A stretch of 63,952 nt of DNA, the filler included, from Octopus bimaculoides (lineage: Eukaryota), in assembly GCF_001194135.2 (NCBI RefSeq). It is 7 parts of 7 records of this genome, joined end to end, with 100 filler letters (N's around TTAATTAATTAA, not from the genome) between each part and the next. Parts side by side here need not be neighbours in the genome. Positions count along the whole stretch, not along the records: positions 15,931 to 45,481 come from NC_068989.1; positions 45,582 to 53,665 come from NC_068997.1; 5 more parts are not named here. The stretch is one strand, 5' to 3'. The notes beneath the pieces are model-generated. The model was given only the letters and a program-made list of their open reading frames with translations, searched no databases and was not told where the DNA came from. The stretch's first letter is position 1, and each line of letters begins with the position of its first letter. The position numbers and the translations under genes are program-made. This document shows positions 37,791-50,769 of the stretch, piece after piece.

Positions 37791-40214
37791 CATGCATATA
37801 TATATATACATATACAAACATATATATANNNNNNNNNNNNNNNNNNNNNNNNNNNNNNNNNNNNNNNNNNNNNNNNNNNNNNNNNNNNNNNNNNNNNNNN
37901 NNNNNNNNNNNNNNNNNNNNNNNNNNNNNNNNNNNNNNNNNNNNNNNNNNNNNNNNNNNNNNNNNNNNNNNNNNNNNNNNNNNNNNNNNNNNNNNNNNNN
38001 NNNNNNNNNNNNNNNNNNNNNNNNNNNNNNNNNNNNNNNNNNNNNNNNNNNNNNNNNNNNNNNNNNNNNNNNNNNNNNNNNNNNNNNNNNNNNNNNNNNN
38101 NNNNNNNNNNNNNNNNNNNNNNNNNNNNNNNNNNNNNNNNNNNNNNNNNNNNNNNNNNNNNNNNNNNNNNNNNNNNNNNNNNNNNNNNNNNNNNNNNNNN
38201 NNNNNNNNNNNNNNNNNNNNNNNNNNNNNNNNNNNNNNNNNNNNNNNNNNNNNNNNNNNNNNNNNNNNNNNNNNNNNNNNNNNNNNNNNNNNNNNNNNNN
38301 NNNNNNNNNNNNNNNNNNNNNNNNNNNNNNNNNNNNNNNNNNNNNNNNNNNNNNNNNNNNNNNNNNNNNNNNNNNNNNNNNNNNNNNNNNNNNNNNNNNN
38401 NNNNNNNNNNNNNNNNNNNNNNNNNNNNNNNNNNNNNNNNNNNNNNNNNNNNNNNNNNNNNNNNNNNNNNNNNNNNNNNNNNNNNNNNNNNNNNNNNNNN
38501 NNNNNNNNNNNNNNNNNNNNNNNNNNNNNNNNNNNNNNNNNNNNNNNNNNNNNNNNNNNNNNNNNNNNNNNNNNNNNNNNNNNNNNNNNNNNNNNNNNNN
38601 NNNNNNNNNNNNNNNNNNNNNNNNNNNNNNNNNNNNNNNNNNNNNNNNNNNNNNNNNNNNNNNNNNNNNNNNNNNNNNNNNNNNNNNNNNNNNNNNNNNN
38701 NNNNNNNNNNNNNNNNNNNNNNNNNNNNNNNNNNNNNNNNNNNNNNNNNNNNNNNNNNNNNNNNNNNNNNNNNNNNNNNNTACATATTAGTATATTTATC
38801 ACATATATGTATTTGTGTGTGTGTGTGTGTTTATCTATAGGTGTCTGCGTATATACTCTTTTACTCTTTTACTTGTTTCAGTCTTTATGCGTGTGTGTGT
38901 ACATATTATATATATATCTACGTGTGTTGTTATGCTTAGTAATGTGATAATTTGTTAGTGTATGTATATACACACCTACATGCATATGTGTATGCATGTA
39001 TTTGTATGTATATATAAGTATGTATGTATGTATGTTTGAATGCGTATATATACATGTTTGTGTGTGTCTATTTGTATAAGAATGTGCCTGTAGTTGTGAA
39101 GCTTATTGGTCTATATACCCATATCGTTATATCTATCGAGCGTATTCGCGTCTTTATTTTTCTAAACATATATACGCATGAATAAATGGGTATATATATT
39201 ATACATGCACACATACACACACACACACACACGTGTGTGTGTTGGGGGGGGGTATATTTATCCATTTTTATTTATCAATTTATTTGAAAACAATGTATTA
39301 TATTTTTTTCTCTTCCTTATCTTCTCGGCTTTTCTTTGTCTCGTATTTAAACCAATAACAATTTCTGATTAACATAACACTCAATACTCCCGAGGATTTT
39401 AGTAAACATCGCTCTTAAACTAATTCAAATTAAACCAAATTAATTATATATCTTAATTACGTAATTATGTCGTTAATAACGTTACGAAAATTAAACAGTT
39501 GTTGAACAAAATTAAGCTATGATCCATACATGAAATTTTCGTGTTTCTGCTTGCTAATCTAAATATGCTGCTCTGAAAGATTACTTTAGTCGATTACGTA
39601 CATAAATGTAAGTTGATCTGTTTTTAAAAATATTATGTCAATGTCCATGGAACTGATCTTACTAGAAGCAATAAAATAGAATTTAGTCCATTATTCTACC
39701 TTTTCTAGCAGCTGACAGCCACTGGAGCCAACGAGAGACCCTTTGCGCGGTATCTAATTGGCTACAAACGGCAGCCAGATCTTCCTCATTTCATACCACA
39801 TCATGTTAAAATGGACACACTGTATACTCTGCTCCTAGCTTCTCTGCACGTAGGAAAAGACGAGTAGGTCACGGCTAGAATTCCTTTGATCATGGGAGTG
39901 CTGTTCGATCCGGACTAATCTGGGGGTTAAAACAACAACAACAACAACAACACAGTAGCCATTAAGTGACACTCGACGTGTTAGATCTAGAAGCTAAATC
40001 TTCTCAGATCATAGCATATCGTTAAAAAAAGTATATATTTGATAATATAATACTAGATAAATGAGACAATGTAGTCACGGCTGGAACGCCTTTCATCATA
40101 GATCTACTTAATCAGAGCTTACTAGGTGTCAACAGCCACCACTGCCATTATTTTTCATAAATATTAATTTCCAGAGTGGTATAGTTTTGTAGTCGGTTCC
40201 ATCAATCTCGAGAT

Positions 40215-40850
40215 CTGAGTGATGATGTATCTTTATCAGCACCGGAAAGATGAACAGCAAAGTTGACTTCGGTGAGATTTGAACTTAGAATCTAAAGAGC
40301 CATAAATAACAAAGCATTTTCCCCACATCTCTACCAATTGTATTAGTCAATAGCCATTTTTCTTAAAAGTTAATTTCCAATATAGATACAAGATCACGAA
40401 TTTGAGAGATGAGGATATAATCGATAAAATAGATTGGAACTTTAACTACTTTAAGGAATCGTTAGAATACTGGGTAGGATTCTTCACTGCATTTGTTTCA
40501 ACGGCCAGCGCTCTGAGTTCTAATCCCGCCGAGGTCAACTTTGCTTTTCATCCTTTGGCGGTACTGTTAGAGGTGTTGATTGAGATACTCTGATGTATCT
40601 GTTCTAGCTCTTTATATTTTGAGTTCAAATCCCGCCTAGTCATCAGTAATTCGAAAAACCAACGGAGATATAGTATCTATAGGCCGACTGAGAGATCGAC
40701 TATCGTTACTATCACCACTGTCTACTACTTTATTTTATCGACCATCGGAAGAGTGAAAGGTAACATCAACTCCGGCGAGTTTGAACTCAGAATGTAAACA
40801 TCGCAGAGGCATTTTGTTCGACGCTCTAGCAATTCTGTCAATCCTAATTA
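40215..40850. mobile_element. Cluster of SINE family A fragments in alternating orientation (-,+,+,-)
   Basis: Minus ~40215-40325, plus ~40490-40570 and ~40595-40620, minus ~40720-40850. Confidence 0.65.
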
Positions 40851-41344
40851 TTCACTCTTCACCGAGAATGCCCTTTTTTCTTTGTTGAGGAAAGTAAAAA
40901 TTAAAGATAATCAAATCCCATGAGGGATTGTTTTCGGGTTATGGAGTCGAGTAATTTTGAATGTTAGCCAAGAGGTTCAGGGTTTGCATCTCTTAAGAAG
41001 CATCTACATGGTTTGTCCCTCGATATACTAAAAAATACCAGCCAAATTTCCTTCTAATAACCCCATGCCCTTTTTTTAAAAAAAAAACTACATTATATAA
41101 GGTAGTCTCAAATACCCCCTAAAATACGTGATGGTTATGGCTAGAATGCCTCAATCATAGCTCTGTTCAATTACACCTAACATGAGATTAAATAGCAACA
41201 ATAACGACAACTGAACTGTGGTCTCTCTCTCTCTCTCTCTTTCGCCATAATTTTTAACTCATCCTAATTCTGTTGGTCGTATCGATAAATAAAACTTTTT
41301 CGCTGCAAGGAGAAATGGCATTATATATTTGACGAATAAATGCA

Positions 41345-41455
41345 ATAAACTGGGAAAATGGTTAGCACGCCGGACAAAATACTTAGCGGCATCAGGGTCG
41401 TTGTAACCGACAATTTTCCTCCCCCAAAATTTCGGGTCTAGTGTTTATAGTAGGA
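41345..41455 (+). mobile_element. SINE family A, internally deleted
   Basis: gttagcacgccggacaaaatacttagcggcat...cctcccccaaaatttcgggtc...tagtaggaagaatt. Confidence 0.65.
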
Positions 41456-42699
41456 AGAATTACATATTTGACGAATATTCTTGTTAAATAGAAATACTAA
41501 GTGCCTATATTTCCAACAATACACTTTATAAAGAAGAAATCTTCAATGGACTGACTGTCTTCAGGAACATTGCAAGAAAGCAAACTTTTCAAAGACCAAA
41601 GATTTAATACATTATGGAAACTCAATGGTTTATTAAATAACCTAACAAGAAACGGCTTAAATTATACGCTTGCATATAACTGAAATGAATGAGGCAGTTT
41701 CTATTAGAAGATAGCGCTGAAATATTTATCGTTTTTTTTTTTTTTCTTCTCCCCACTTTTCTTAACAGAATTATTTATATAATTCTCTCAGAAATAGAAC
41801 AAAGAACCAATTATTTTATAAAAGATGTAGAAGTGTTTGGTAAGTTCAATTTTCTCAGTGATGCTGTTGATGCCACCGACGAATCAACCATCGTTTCCGC
41901 TGTTTACTGTTGCAGTACCCACCCCCTGTAATGAATAAAGACTAACGTTTCGAACCTTTATACTTCACTTGAATGAGGAAAAGAGGGAAAACGGATTTGT
42001 TACTTTGGTTGTAGACGAGTGAATTGTTTTTATTTGCCAACAACAAGGACCGGTGCCAGATTACTCAGTGCTGCTAGGCCAGTCCTATAATGTGAGCTCC
42101 CTTATCCCTGCCCTACACTGTGTACTCTTTTCTCCCAACTTTGGAGTATGCACCCCCATTCAACAATTTTCCAACAAATTACTTCATCCATCCTTCTCTG
42201 TATAAAAAAAAATACAGTTGAAAATTTTCAATTAATTTGCGCACATGAAATCTATAGTTTTATTATCATGAATATCGCCGAGTAAATGTATTACCTGATT
42301 AAGATTTTGTAATGTTTCGCACCAAATCACGCCAACTTTNNNNNNNNNNNNNNNNNNNNNNNNNNNNNNNNNNNNNNNNNNNNNNNNNNNNNNNNNNNNN
42401 NNNNNNNNNNNNNNNNNNNNNNNNNNNNNNNNNNNNNNNNNNNNGAAATTTTCTGTAAGTTGTCCAGAATTCATGCAGCACCCTCAGGTATTAGTGTTCT
42501 CGGTGATCCCTTAGTTTCCCTCGTTTGTAGTTCCGGCCTCACCTACAACACCAAGGGATGACACCGCTTTCTATCTCTACCTCACTCTGAAACAAAAAAG
42601 TAAGGACCAGGAATTTCTTTGCCCCGTATGGTAACTGAACTTTTTTTTTTCTGCTTGAGCCCTAGGAATCATAAGGTTACTCAGTTTCCATGGCTTATA

Positions 42700-42895
42700 A
42701 GTAAAGATTCCCTTGAACGGGACGCTGGTCCGTTGCCAAGTTGATTACACCGACCCCAGGACTTGACTGATACTCTATTTTATCGACCTCCGAAGGGATT
42801 AAAAGCAAATATCAAAATGAACTCAGAACATAAACCGGAAGACATGCCACTAAGCATTTTGTCCGACGTGCTAACGCTTATTCCGGATCGTCGCT
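42700..42895 (-). mobile_element. SINE family A variant
   Basis: gattacaccgacccc...tttatcgacctccgaaggg...aactcagaac...ctaagcattttgtccgacgtgctaacg. Confidence 0.7.
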
Positions 42896-44249
42896 TTATT
42901 TCTAGCTCTTCCATAAACTTGCCAAATGATCGTTACCAGTTTCTTTAGATTCTGGGCTGTACATTTGCATCTTATTTTTTATATCTTATATGTCTTATCA
43001 AGTGTGAGGCGATTTGTTAATACTTTAAAACAGTTACAGTAATTCAGTTATTATGTGCTCAAGGCATTTTCTGGAAAAATAAAATTATCACTAGCCACAG
43101 ACTTTGTTTCAATAAACTAGTATGGCTCGGATACATATTCTGCAGAAGTATGTTTCACTATTTATGCTTATCGTTTATTTTGCCCAAAGTCATATTTCCT
43201 TGCAAAGGATCCCAGAAATCCTTGGCTTACTACATCTGCAGTTTATTTTTCATCCAGTTGTCATCTCCTTTTTTTTCCCCTTCTTCTTCTTACTATATGA
43301 CCATGCCAATATTATCTCTTTTCTTGCGGAACATAATTGATCACCAGTCACTCTGACAAACTACAAGCCAGCTATAAAAATTCAAATTGCAGACCAAGCA
43401 GATCATATTTCATCACAGCTGTAGGAGGCCTTTTGCCAATACAATTTGCATAAACATTGATCATAGCTGTTAGGGTATTGAGAATCTTACTACGAAAATA
43501 TCTTTTTTTCTTCATTTCTGGACGTATTTGCAATCAATGTTGGGTATTTTTTTCTCGAATATTTCTCGCGCGCTGGTTTCTTCCTGAATATAGCATGCTT
43601 GTTTTTCTTACGTCGCTACAAAGCTATAGCATATATTATCAACGTGTAATTTTTTATCAACGTGTAATTTTTTATCAACTTGTATAAGATTTCGTATAAC
43701 TTTGTACAGGTATTTTACTGTCGGTTTTTCACGAATTTCTTTTTTGTTGTTAATATTTATGAAACAAAAGAGCAGCAGATGTCAGGTTCAAGGGAGAGTC
43801 GAACAAAAATTAGTTGCAGTACTTATATCTATCGAGTTCAAATCGCTTTGGGATCAACTTTACTTTTTATATTTCCGAGAATTGATAAAAATGTCAGACA
43901 AATACTGAACAATGTTGAATAAATTAAGTTTGCTTTCCATTGAAATGTGTCGCCAATGTGAGATTAAATTGAACGACTTATTAGCAAAACGGTTAGCGGC
44001 TTGTATTTCATTACTTCAAGCGTGTGAGTGATCAAAGCTAGAACCCTTCTCTTTAAACGACTCGGTGAAATTAACAGCAAACGTATTCCATTTTGTTTTC
44101 TTTTTCCTAGATCCTTAGAATTCATAAAGTTATCCATTTTCCATGGCGTATGAGCAATCGAGATCACAATATTCTCCTGCACGAGACGCCATTCCGTAGC
44201 AGGCATCAAGACCAGCAATTCTGAGAAGAGAGGACAAGACAAGTGAATT

Positions 44250-44417
44250 GCATCGACTCCCACGTATTTAACTGGTACTTTATTTTTATCGAAGCCGGAA
44301 AGGATGATAGGCAAAGTTGACTTCGGTGAGATTTGAACGCAGAACATAAAGAGCCAGAAGTAATGCCTCTAATTATTTTATCCGAAGTGTTAACGATTCT
44401 GCCAGCTCGCCGCCTTA
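44250..44417 (-). mobile_element. SINE family A
   Basis: catcgactc...actggtactt...ttatcgaagccggaaaggatga...gcaaagttgac...aacgattctgccagctcgccgcctt. Confidence 0.75.
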
Positions 44418-44887
44418 AACATAAATCACAAGAAGATAAGATTCAGATACGGAAACACAGAAATTAATAAGTGCATATTAACTTCTTTTCCTTCTTCATA
44501 TAATTTGAACACAGCGTATAATTCGAAAAATGTTGAGTTCGAATTATAAGAAGGGCAAGAAAGCAGCAGAAAGGTAATTCAAAAGGCATTTTTGATTCTT
44601 TATTAGGTCTTCTTTGAGTTATGAGATGCCTTTGATCAGCCTTGACTTTACGTACATCCAAATTCCGGTTCTGATTACATCTGATAGCTTACGTCCACCG
44701 GCCCATTCCGTCATGGATTTTACATCAAATAGATATTCCACACAACTGTAAGAAGCATTTACGCGAAACTAATAATTTAAACATTTCAACTTTCTAATAA
44801 CCTATTATTTGACTTAGGTTTTCTGTCCCCAACACCACCACCCCACCCCACATGTATCAGGATTTTATATCTACCCTTTCTATAAAC

Positions 44888-45101
44888 AAATGCTGGTTTC
44901 AAATTTCGTGGGAAAGCCAGCAATTTCGTGGGAAGGGTAAGTCAATTACATCGACTCCAGTGTTCAACAGGTACTTAATTTATGGATCCCGGAAGGAAGG
45001 ATGAAAGGTAACGTCGACCTCGGCGGAATTTGAACTCAGAACGTAAAGACGATGAAATGTTGCTAAGCAATTTGCCCGGCATGCTAACGATTCTGCCAGC
45101 A
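44888..45101 (-). mobile_element. SINE family A
   Basis: ggtttcaaattt...gccagcaatt...gatgaaaggtaacgtcgacctcggcggaatttgaactcagaacgtaaagac...ctaacgattctgccagc. Confidence 0.8.
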
Positions 45102-45227
45102 AACTCTCTTTCTATTAATAAATATTACATACATAGAACTGGGCTAAGAAACAACTGAATCCCAAGTTCATTATTTACAGCTTAAAGATTTCTTTTTGAT
45201 AACTTTCATATTTTTCAAAATAAATTC

Positions 45228-45409
45228 TCTTTCACTTGTTTAAGACTGTGACCATGGAGGGCACTGCCTTGAAGAATTTTAGTCGAATGAATCGACCCCA
45301 GTACGTTTTTTACAGCTTACTACTTACTCTATCGGTCTCTTTTGCTGAACTGCTAGATAAACGAGGACGTAAACAGATCAACATTGGCTGTGACAGTGGT
45401 GGGGGGATA

Positions 45410-45420
<11 letters not shown>
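45228..45420 (-). mobile_element. SINE family B variant, 3' half
   Basis: gactgtgaccatggagggcactgcc...ttagtcgaatgaatcgacccc...tatcggtctcttttgctgaac...gacgtaaaca. Confidence 0.7.
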
Positions 45421-45481
<61 letters not shown>

Positions 45482-45599
45482 NNNNNNNNNNNNNNNNNNN
45501 NNNNNNNNNNNNNNNNNNNNNNNNNTTAATTAATTAANNNNNNNNNNNNNNNNNNNNNNNNNNNNNNNNNNNNNNNNNNNNGACTTTTGCCTCTATTCC

Positions 45600-47190
45600 A
45601 ATTCCAAAGTGAGCAGAAAGAGAAAACGAACTGAAGATATTCCGGTGTATTGGAACTTCATTATTTACTTAACAATCCATCGTTGCTAAGCATATTGCTA
45701 TTGAGTGCTGCACCTAAATTATGGAAGTAAAATATCTGCATAAGGATATTTTCAGTTACGTTGATTATTTTAAATATCATTGCAGAGAGGGGGAGTAGGA
45801 AATTGCGAACGTCTTCAGGTCGGTAATGAAATCAATCTGATGAAATTTTAAAATATGGAAATATTGGAGTATCTGATACTTGCTGAAGATGTTTTCAGTT
45901 TTCAATTCAACAAAGACATCATGCTGTTGAATGTTTGCCAATAGATTTCTCAGCCGAACAAATTATCATGTCAATCCTCCATAGAGAGCTGTTTTATCTA
46001 AAGTTATTGCTTCAGCATAATGTAGCTGCTACAAATGTTAATGACCAGCTTACTGTTGAAAATGTTGCCAGTGAAAAATATAAGCATGCATGCCTGATGA
46101 TGAATGTTTTAGAACCGTGATTAAAGAAGGGAACAATGCCTGCATAACTTCGTATTCTGATGTTAGAGATGTTAGAAATATATTTGTCAATGTACTACAG
46201 TTAGAAATGTGTAACATGTTTTACCGATCGTTTTTTTTTTGTATATTGCATTCATCAAAAGCGACATAAAAATTTAACAGATGCTAGCGTTGTAATATAT
46301 CGTGAATTTATCAATTGTCAGCATTTGACAATTAGTTCGTGCAGTCGGAACGAAATGTAGTATTTTTCGGTCTATCCTCTGCAAATTATAGGCTTAAAAT
46401 AATCACGATCCAGTTGATGAAGATATGACTGACCCTGATACTGAAACTTATCGTAATGAGTCTATCTATTTGCTTAATTATATTCAAAGCTCCACATTTG
46501 TAACCTTTAAAGAAAATATATAATGAAAATGGATTTATGATGATGTACGTGAGAACAAAAGCATCCCCATATAGCCCTTGTTACAATAGCATCTGATATT
46601 TTTGAAACAATATTGAATATTGCATATTCAGGTTTCAAGCTACTGATATTGTTGATTCAAATTCATCTTGAAAAGTATTTCCACCAAATGGTAGTGGGCA
46701 TTTACTTCGTGTTGTTCTGTTGATAGTTTGAGATGAGTCATAAATGTGCCACTGTCATCTATTTGAAGCGCTTAATCAATTACTGAAAGATGAGATGAAT
46801 TCGCCTGACACTTTCCGTAATACAAGGAGTGCAGTGGGATTTTATTATTAACGAATGTTTGAATGAATCTTTTCCTCTAGTCGTAATACTAATATGAGAC
46901 CTCTAGATTGCCTTCATGCTAAAAAAAATCATTTCTACTACTTTCATTGCAGCAGTATACTAGCAATGTATTATGTATCTTAACGAATGGTTGTTGTAAT
47001 ACTTAGTGAAGACAGAATTCAGTAAATATTGAAACTGCTGATTTTGTTCTCATTTTTTGGCGAAGAAAAATCTTAATCAGATATAATACGAATATTTTGA
47101 GAATAATTTTTTCAGGTTTCATTTCAACAAAGGCACCATGCTGTTGAATGCGATGAAACCCATTGATGAAAACAATGGGTTTCATAGATA
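45600..47190 (+). mobile_element. Helitron RepHel remnant (Rep C-terminus + Pif1-like helicase), deleted and partly duplicated
   Basis: In order: NNPSLL..HIAIECC..MEVKYLHKDI (cf. YNP.LL...HINVE.C....KYLHKY); DEILKY...FSIQQRHHAVECLPI; ELFYLKLLLQH...LTVEN...KYKHACL at 45986 onward (cf. ERFYLRLLL.HV...LRTVNG...F.EAC); MPA*LRIL; IALVTIAS...AYSGFKL; LLIV*DES*MCHCHLFEALNQLLKD at 46717-46791 (cf. LIIWDEAPM.H...FEALD..LRD). A second QQRHHAVEC copy lies at 47109-47150. Confidence 0.7.
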
Positions 47191-49277
47191 GGTATTGTAA
47201 ATACAAAAGAAAAGAGTGGAGTTGGAAGGCTAAACAGTGAAGTTATTCAAAAACTTCCAGGAAGAGTTGACTCTGTTACTCATGACAAACGACAGCTCTC
47301 TAACTTCTAAACTTCCTTAATTCTCTTGCCACCAGTAGTGTGTCACTTCACACTGCAAAATAAAAATTGAAGCTCTGAAGACATTATTAAAACATCTTGA
47401 CTAGAGAAATGGCTTGCTACAGACATGCTAATAAACCCAAAGAAATACTTGGAGTTGAGGCAATATGTACATTGTAAATTTCCGTATCCATCTGCAATCA
47501 TCCAAAATAGATTTGTTATTTATTTTGAGAAGATGTCATTTTTCAACGAGACCAGTATTTGTCAATAAACAAAAGACAAAGGTAAAGCTTATGAAAAAAA
47601 TGTAGCTTTTATCTCTATACTCCAGTGTTCATACAGTTTATGCTGTTGTCCTCAGCAGGTTTTTGGTCAAAAGATATTTGTATATGAACTCCTACACACT
47701 AGCAAAGAGACAGATGATAATATCTGGAACAACTTTGATCATTAGTTAACTCTAGAACTAAACAACAGCTCCTACAACAACAACAACCTTATCACTAACA
47801 TAACGGACATTATCATTAACAATAACATTGTCTTGCTCCATATGAAAAATATAGCCCGTTATTATACGAAAATATATTTCCCAGTGATACTAGCGACGTA
47901 AATGAAATTTGGATTCCAAAATGTATTGTTTTAAGGTGATTATAGTTCTCCTTAATTAGAGTATTTCATCAATAGTAGTCTGGGAAGATTTAATAATGGC
48001 GTCTAAATTAATTACAGCTGTTACTAATTTTCCTTTTCGGAGATATTGTGGATGTCGGCTGTTTTGTTATTGTAGGCGTTTTCTTCGCGTGATTTTTGTC
48101 TACAATTTATTTTGTAGCTGTGAATTAAAAAAATGGTGGTGCTTTTGTGTAATGTGCAAGTTTAATTTTTCTGTGTGCAACTGTCTTCCATAAGGTAACC
48201 CTTATTTCATTCTTACTAGTTTTGTGCAATGGTCGATAAGAAATTCCCCACTGAATGTTAAATCGATGAAAACGAATGAAAAGAAATGTAATTAAAGTTG
48301 AAGATAATTTTTGTCAAGAAAAGTAAAGGAAGGTTTACGTATACCTACCACATCTTTGAATGTCTTCTGACAGAATATATAGGTATTTCAGTTAAAAATA
48401 TTCACTGGTTAGATAATAATGTAAGATGATATCGGAAAATTTCTTTGGGACGTTTTCTTCAGGAATATCATAAAGGTAAGTGGAGCTAACGCACTTCATG
48501 TAGTGAGGCTCCCTCCAAGTTCTAATCAATTAAAATTACAAGTATAATGAAAGTGATAATTCTTGACAGAAGTTGAGGGAATTAACTTTGCTATCTGTAT
48601 TTTATTACAAATCGAATACCGACACCCAGTAGATGGCGAGTCTGGTTTTAGGTAGTTCCATGCGCATGTTTCTGTCACATTAGACATCGCATGGTTTATT
48701 TGTATCTACCAGGTACTGAAAGGATATATAGAAATATGGTTGAAAAAGAAAAAAAAAAAAGACAAAGGAAATTTTCTCAGGGATATATTTTCAGGATGAA
48801 CATAAATTTAAATATTTTTAATGCAGTAACAACTCCCCAAAATTTTATTCAATTGCGATTGTACTAGTAATAAAAAAGCGAGTGATTAGCTTTTATTCCC
48901 AGTATTTTGACAAATTATGTAAGAGATTTAACTCGGTAATCCAATTTGATTAAAACTGAATGGTAGCAGTAGTGAGCCGTGAGCCTGATATATTGTTAGT
49001 GTAGTAACGACACTGACCTTGCCTTGACCACCCTAGCAAATTCAAATCATACTCCTACCGCACTGAGCTTCTTTATGTAGCTTGGAAGGCAGACTTCGGA
49101 GATCTCCGGTGTGTCTTAACAAAAGACGAAATTTATTTCGATCCCCATCCGAAACTGCTGAAAGGACTGTGGTCTAATAACTGGTAACGAGTGTTCGAAT
49201 ATCTTTATGAAACAAGGTCCGTTTAAATTCTTCTCCTTATCATCTTCATCATCTATACCACCACCACCACCACCACC

Positions 49278-49338
<61 letters not shown>

Positions 49339-49953
49339 ACTTCGGGTCAAGCTTACTGGGATTCGTATGGCACCTATATCTTTATTTCGTGACATGTGGT
49401 ACCTTCTCTGTGACATCGAGTGACATCTCTTAGCTGATCGACGCAGGTCTTTTCAGGATAACTAATATGATTAGCATAGTCTATCTCTAATCAACTTATA
49501 TTTAGAAGCTTATTGTACAAGACTTTTACGATGAAATATTTCTACCAGGATACACTCAAAATAGCACGACGCATAAACATGTAGATGCCTTCCAGCATAG
49601 TTTCAAATACTTTGCTTATTTCTCTGGTGGATGAAGCACATGGTAACAGATTCAGCCACTACCTGAAGGGTTATCTTTCAGATTGAGAACTTAGTTTTGT
49701 ATATGACTGTAAGTGCTGTGCAAGCTTAGTTCTTACATCGCCTTCGTTCGAGTGTTTTTGTAGAATATTATTAATTCATTCCGTTTTTGCAAGTTTCTTG
49801 ATGTAAAATATTATAGCTTTAGAAATGCGACAACATTTTGTAAGTGTTACGTATTTTACAAACAAGAAAGTAGAATTTTGAACGCAGTATAGCTGTGAAA
49901 ACAACAGGAAGATTGGGTATCTTACCCTTATAAGGCGGAAAAAGCTATCACCA

Positions 49954-50020
49954 GGTCCTTTAGCTTAATGGTAGATTATTCATCCGGTATCTGAAGGGTG
50001 GGGCTCGAGTCCCGTGCCTG
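49954..50020 (+). pseudogene. Decayed tRNA-like sequence or SINE head
   Basis: TAGCTTAATGGTAGA (A-box-like) and GGCTCGAGTCCC (B-box-like); no intact cloverleaf could be drawn. Confidence 0.35.
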
Positions 50021-50769
50021 TCTGCAGACAACTTTTTTAAAATTATTTTTTCCGTCTTACAAGAGCAAAACACCCAATCTTTCTGCTGTTTTCACGGCTA
50101 TACTGCGTTCGAAATATTACTTTTGTGTCTGTAAAATAAAGTGGAATTGAACTTCTGTGTGAGTTATTATTTTTGGCGTAATGGCTCTCCCTAGAAACAA
50201 CAACATTATTATTTCGTCTTTTTCTGTCAGAATTCCGTGGACTAGTGGAAATTGATACATCGTACATCTGTGAATACTCATTGTCAGCTGAGTGACATGA
50301 AATGTTTTACTTTGGGAATTAAAACCATAACCTCACAGTCGTGAATACGGCACCTAACCACAAACTCAGGCATCTCTCTCTCTCCCTCTCTCACTCACTC
50401 ACTCACTCATTCACTCACACACAAACACACACTCTCTCGAACCAATTTTTCCGCTCCATAACCAACGTATTTTTCACTTTGTTAAGTTCTATTTTTTCTA
50501 ACTTTTCGTTCGGTATCCTGGTGTGTTCTGCTGCCAGCCCAGGCTACGCTGTTTGTCAAGCCGAGAGGAAAGAAATGTGAAAGTATCAGCTGTTCTCGGA
50601 CAGATTTTATGGTCGAACCTGTGGTAGCAAAGACTGCTGGCGTTCTTGGACTCCGGAAGACATCCCTGTTCATTGTTACTGGAGCAGAGATGACTATCTG
50701 CAAGTGGTGCGAGTTCCGTGAGTCGGAGTGGTTGTTCCAGCGCATCGCCCTCAACGTTTCCCTCCTTTA

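Noticed and set aside
49954-50020. Functional tRNA gene
   Set aside because: Only A/B-box-like words remain; acceptor and anticodon stems do not pair.
50043-50267. 74-aa minus ORF with a possible 147-nt exon (CACAG|ATG ... AAA|GTAATA)
   Set aside because: Splice signals are mediocre and the peptide is unrecognisable; indistinguishable from chance without RNA data.
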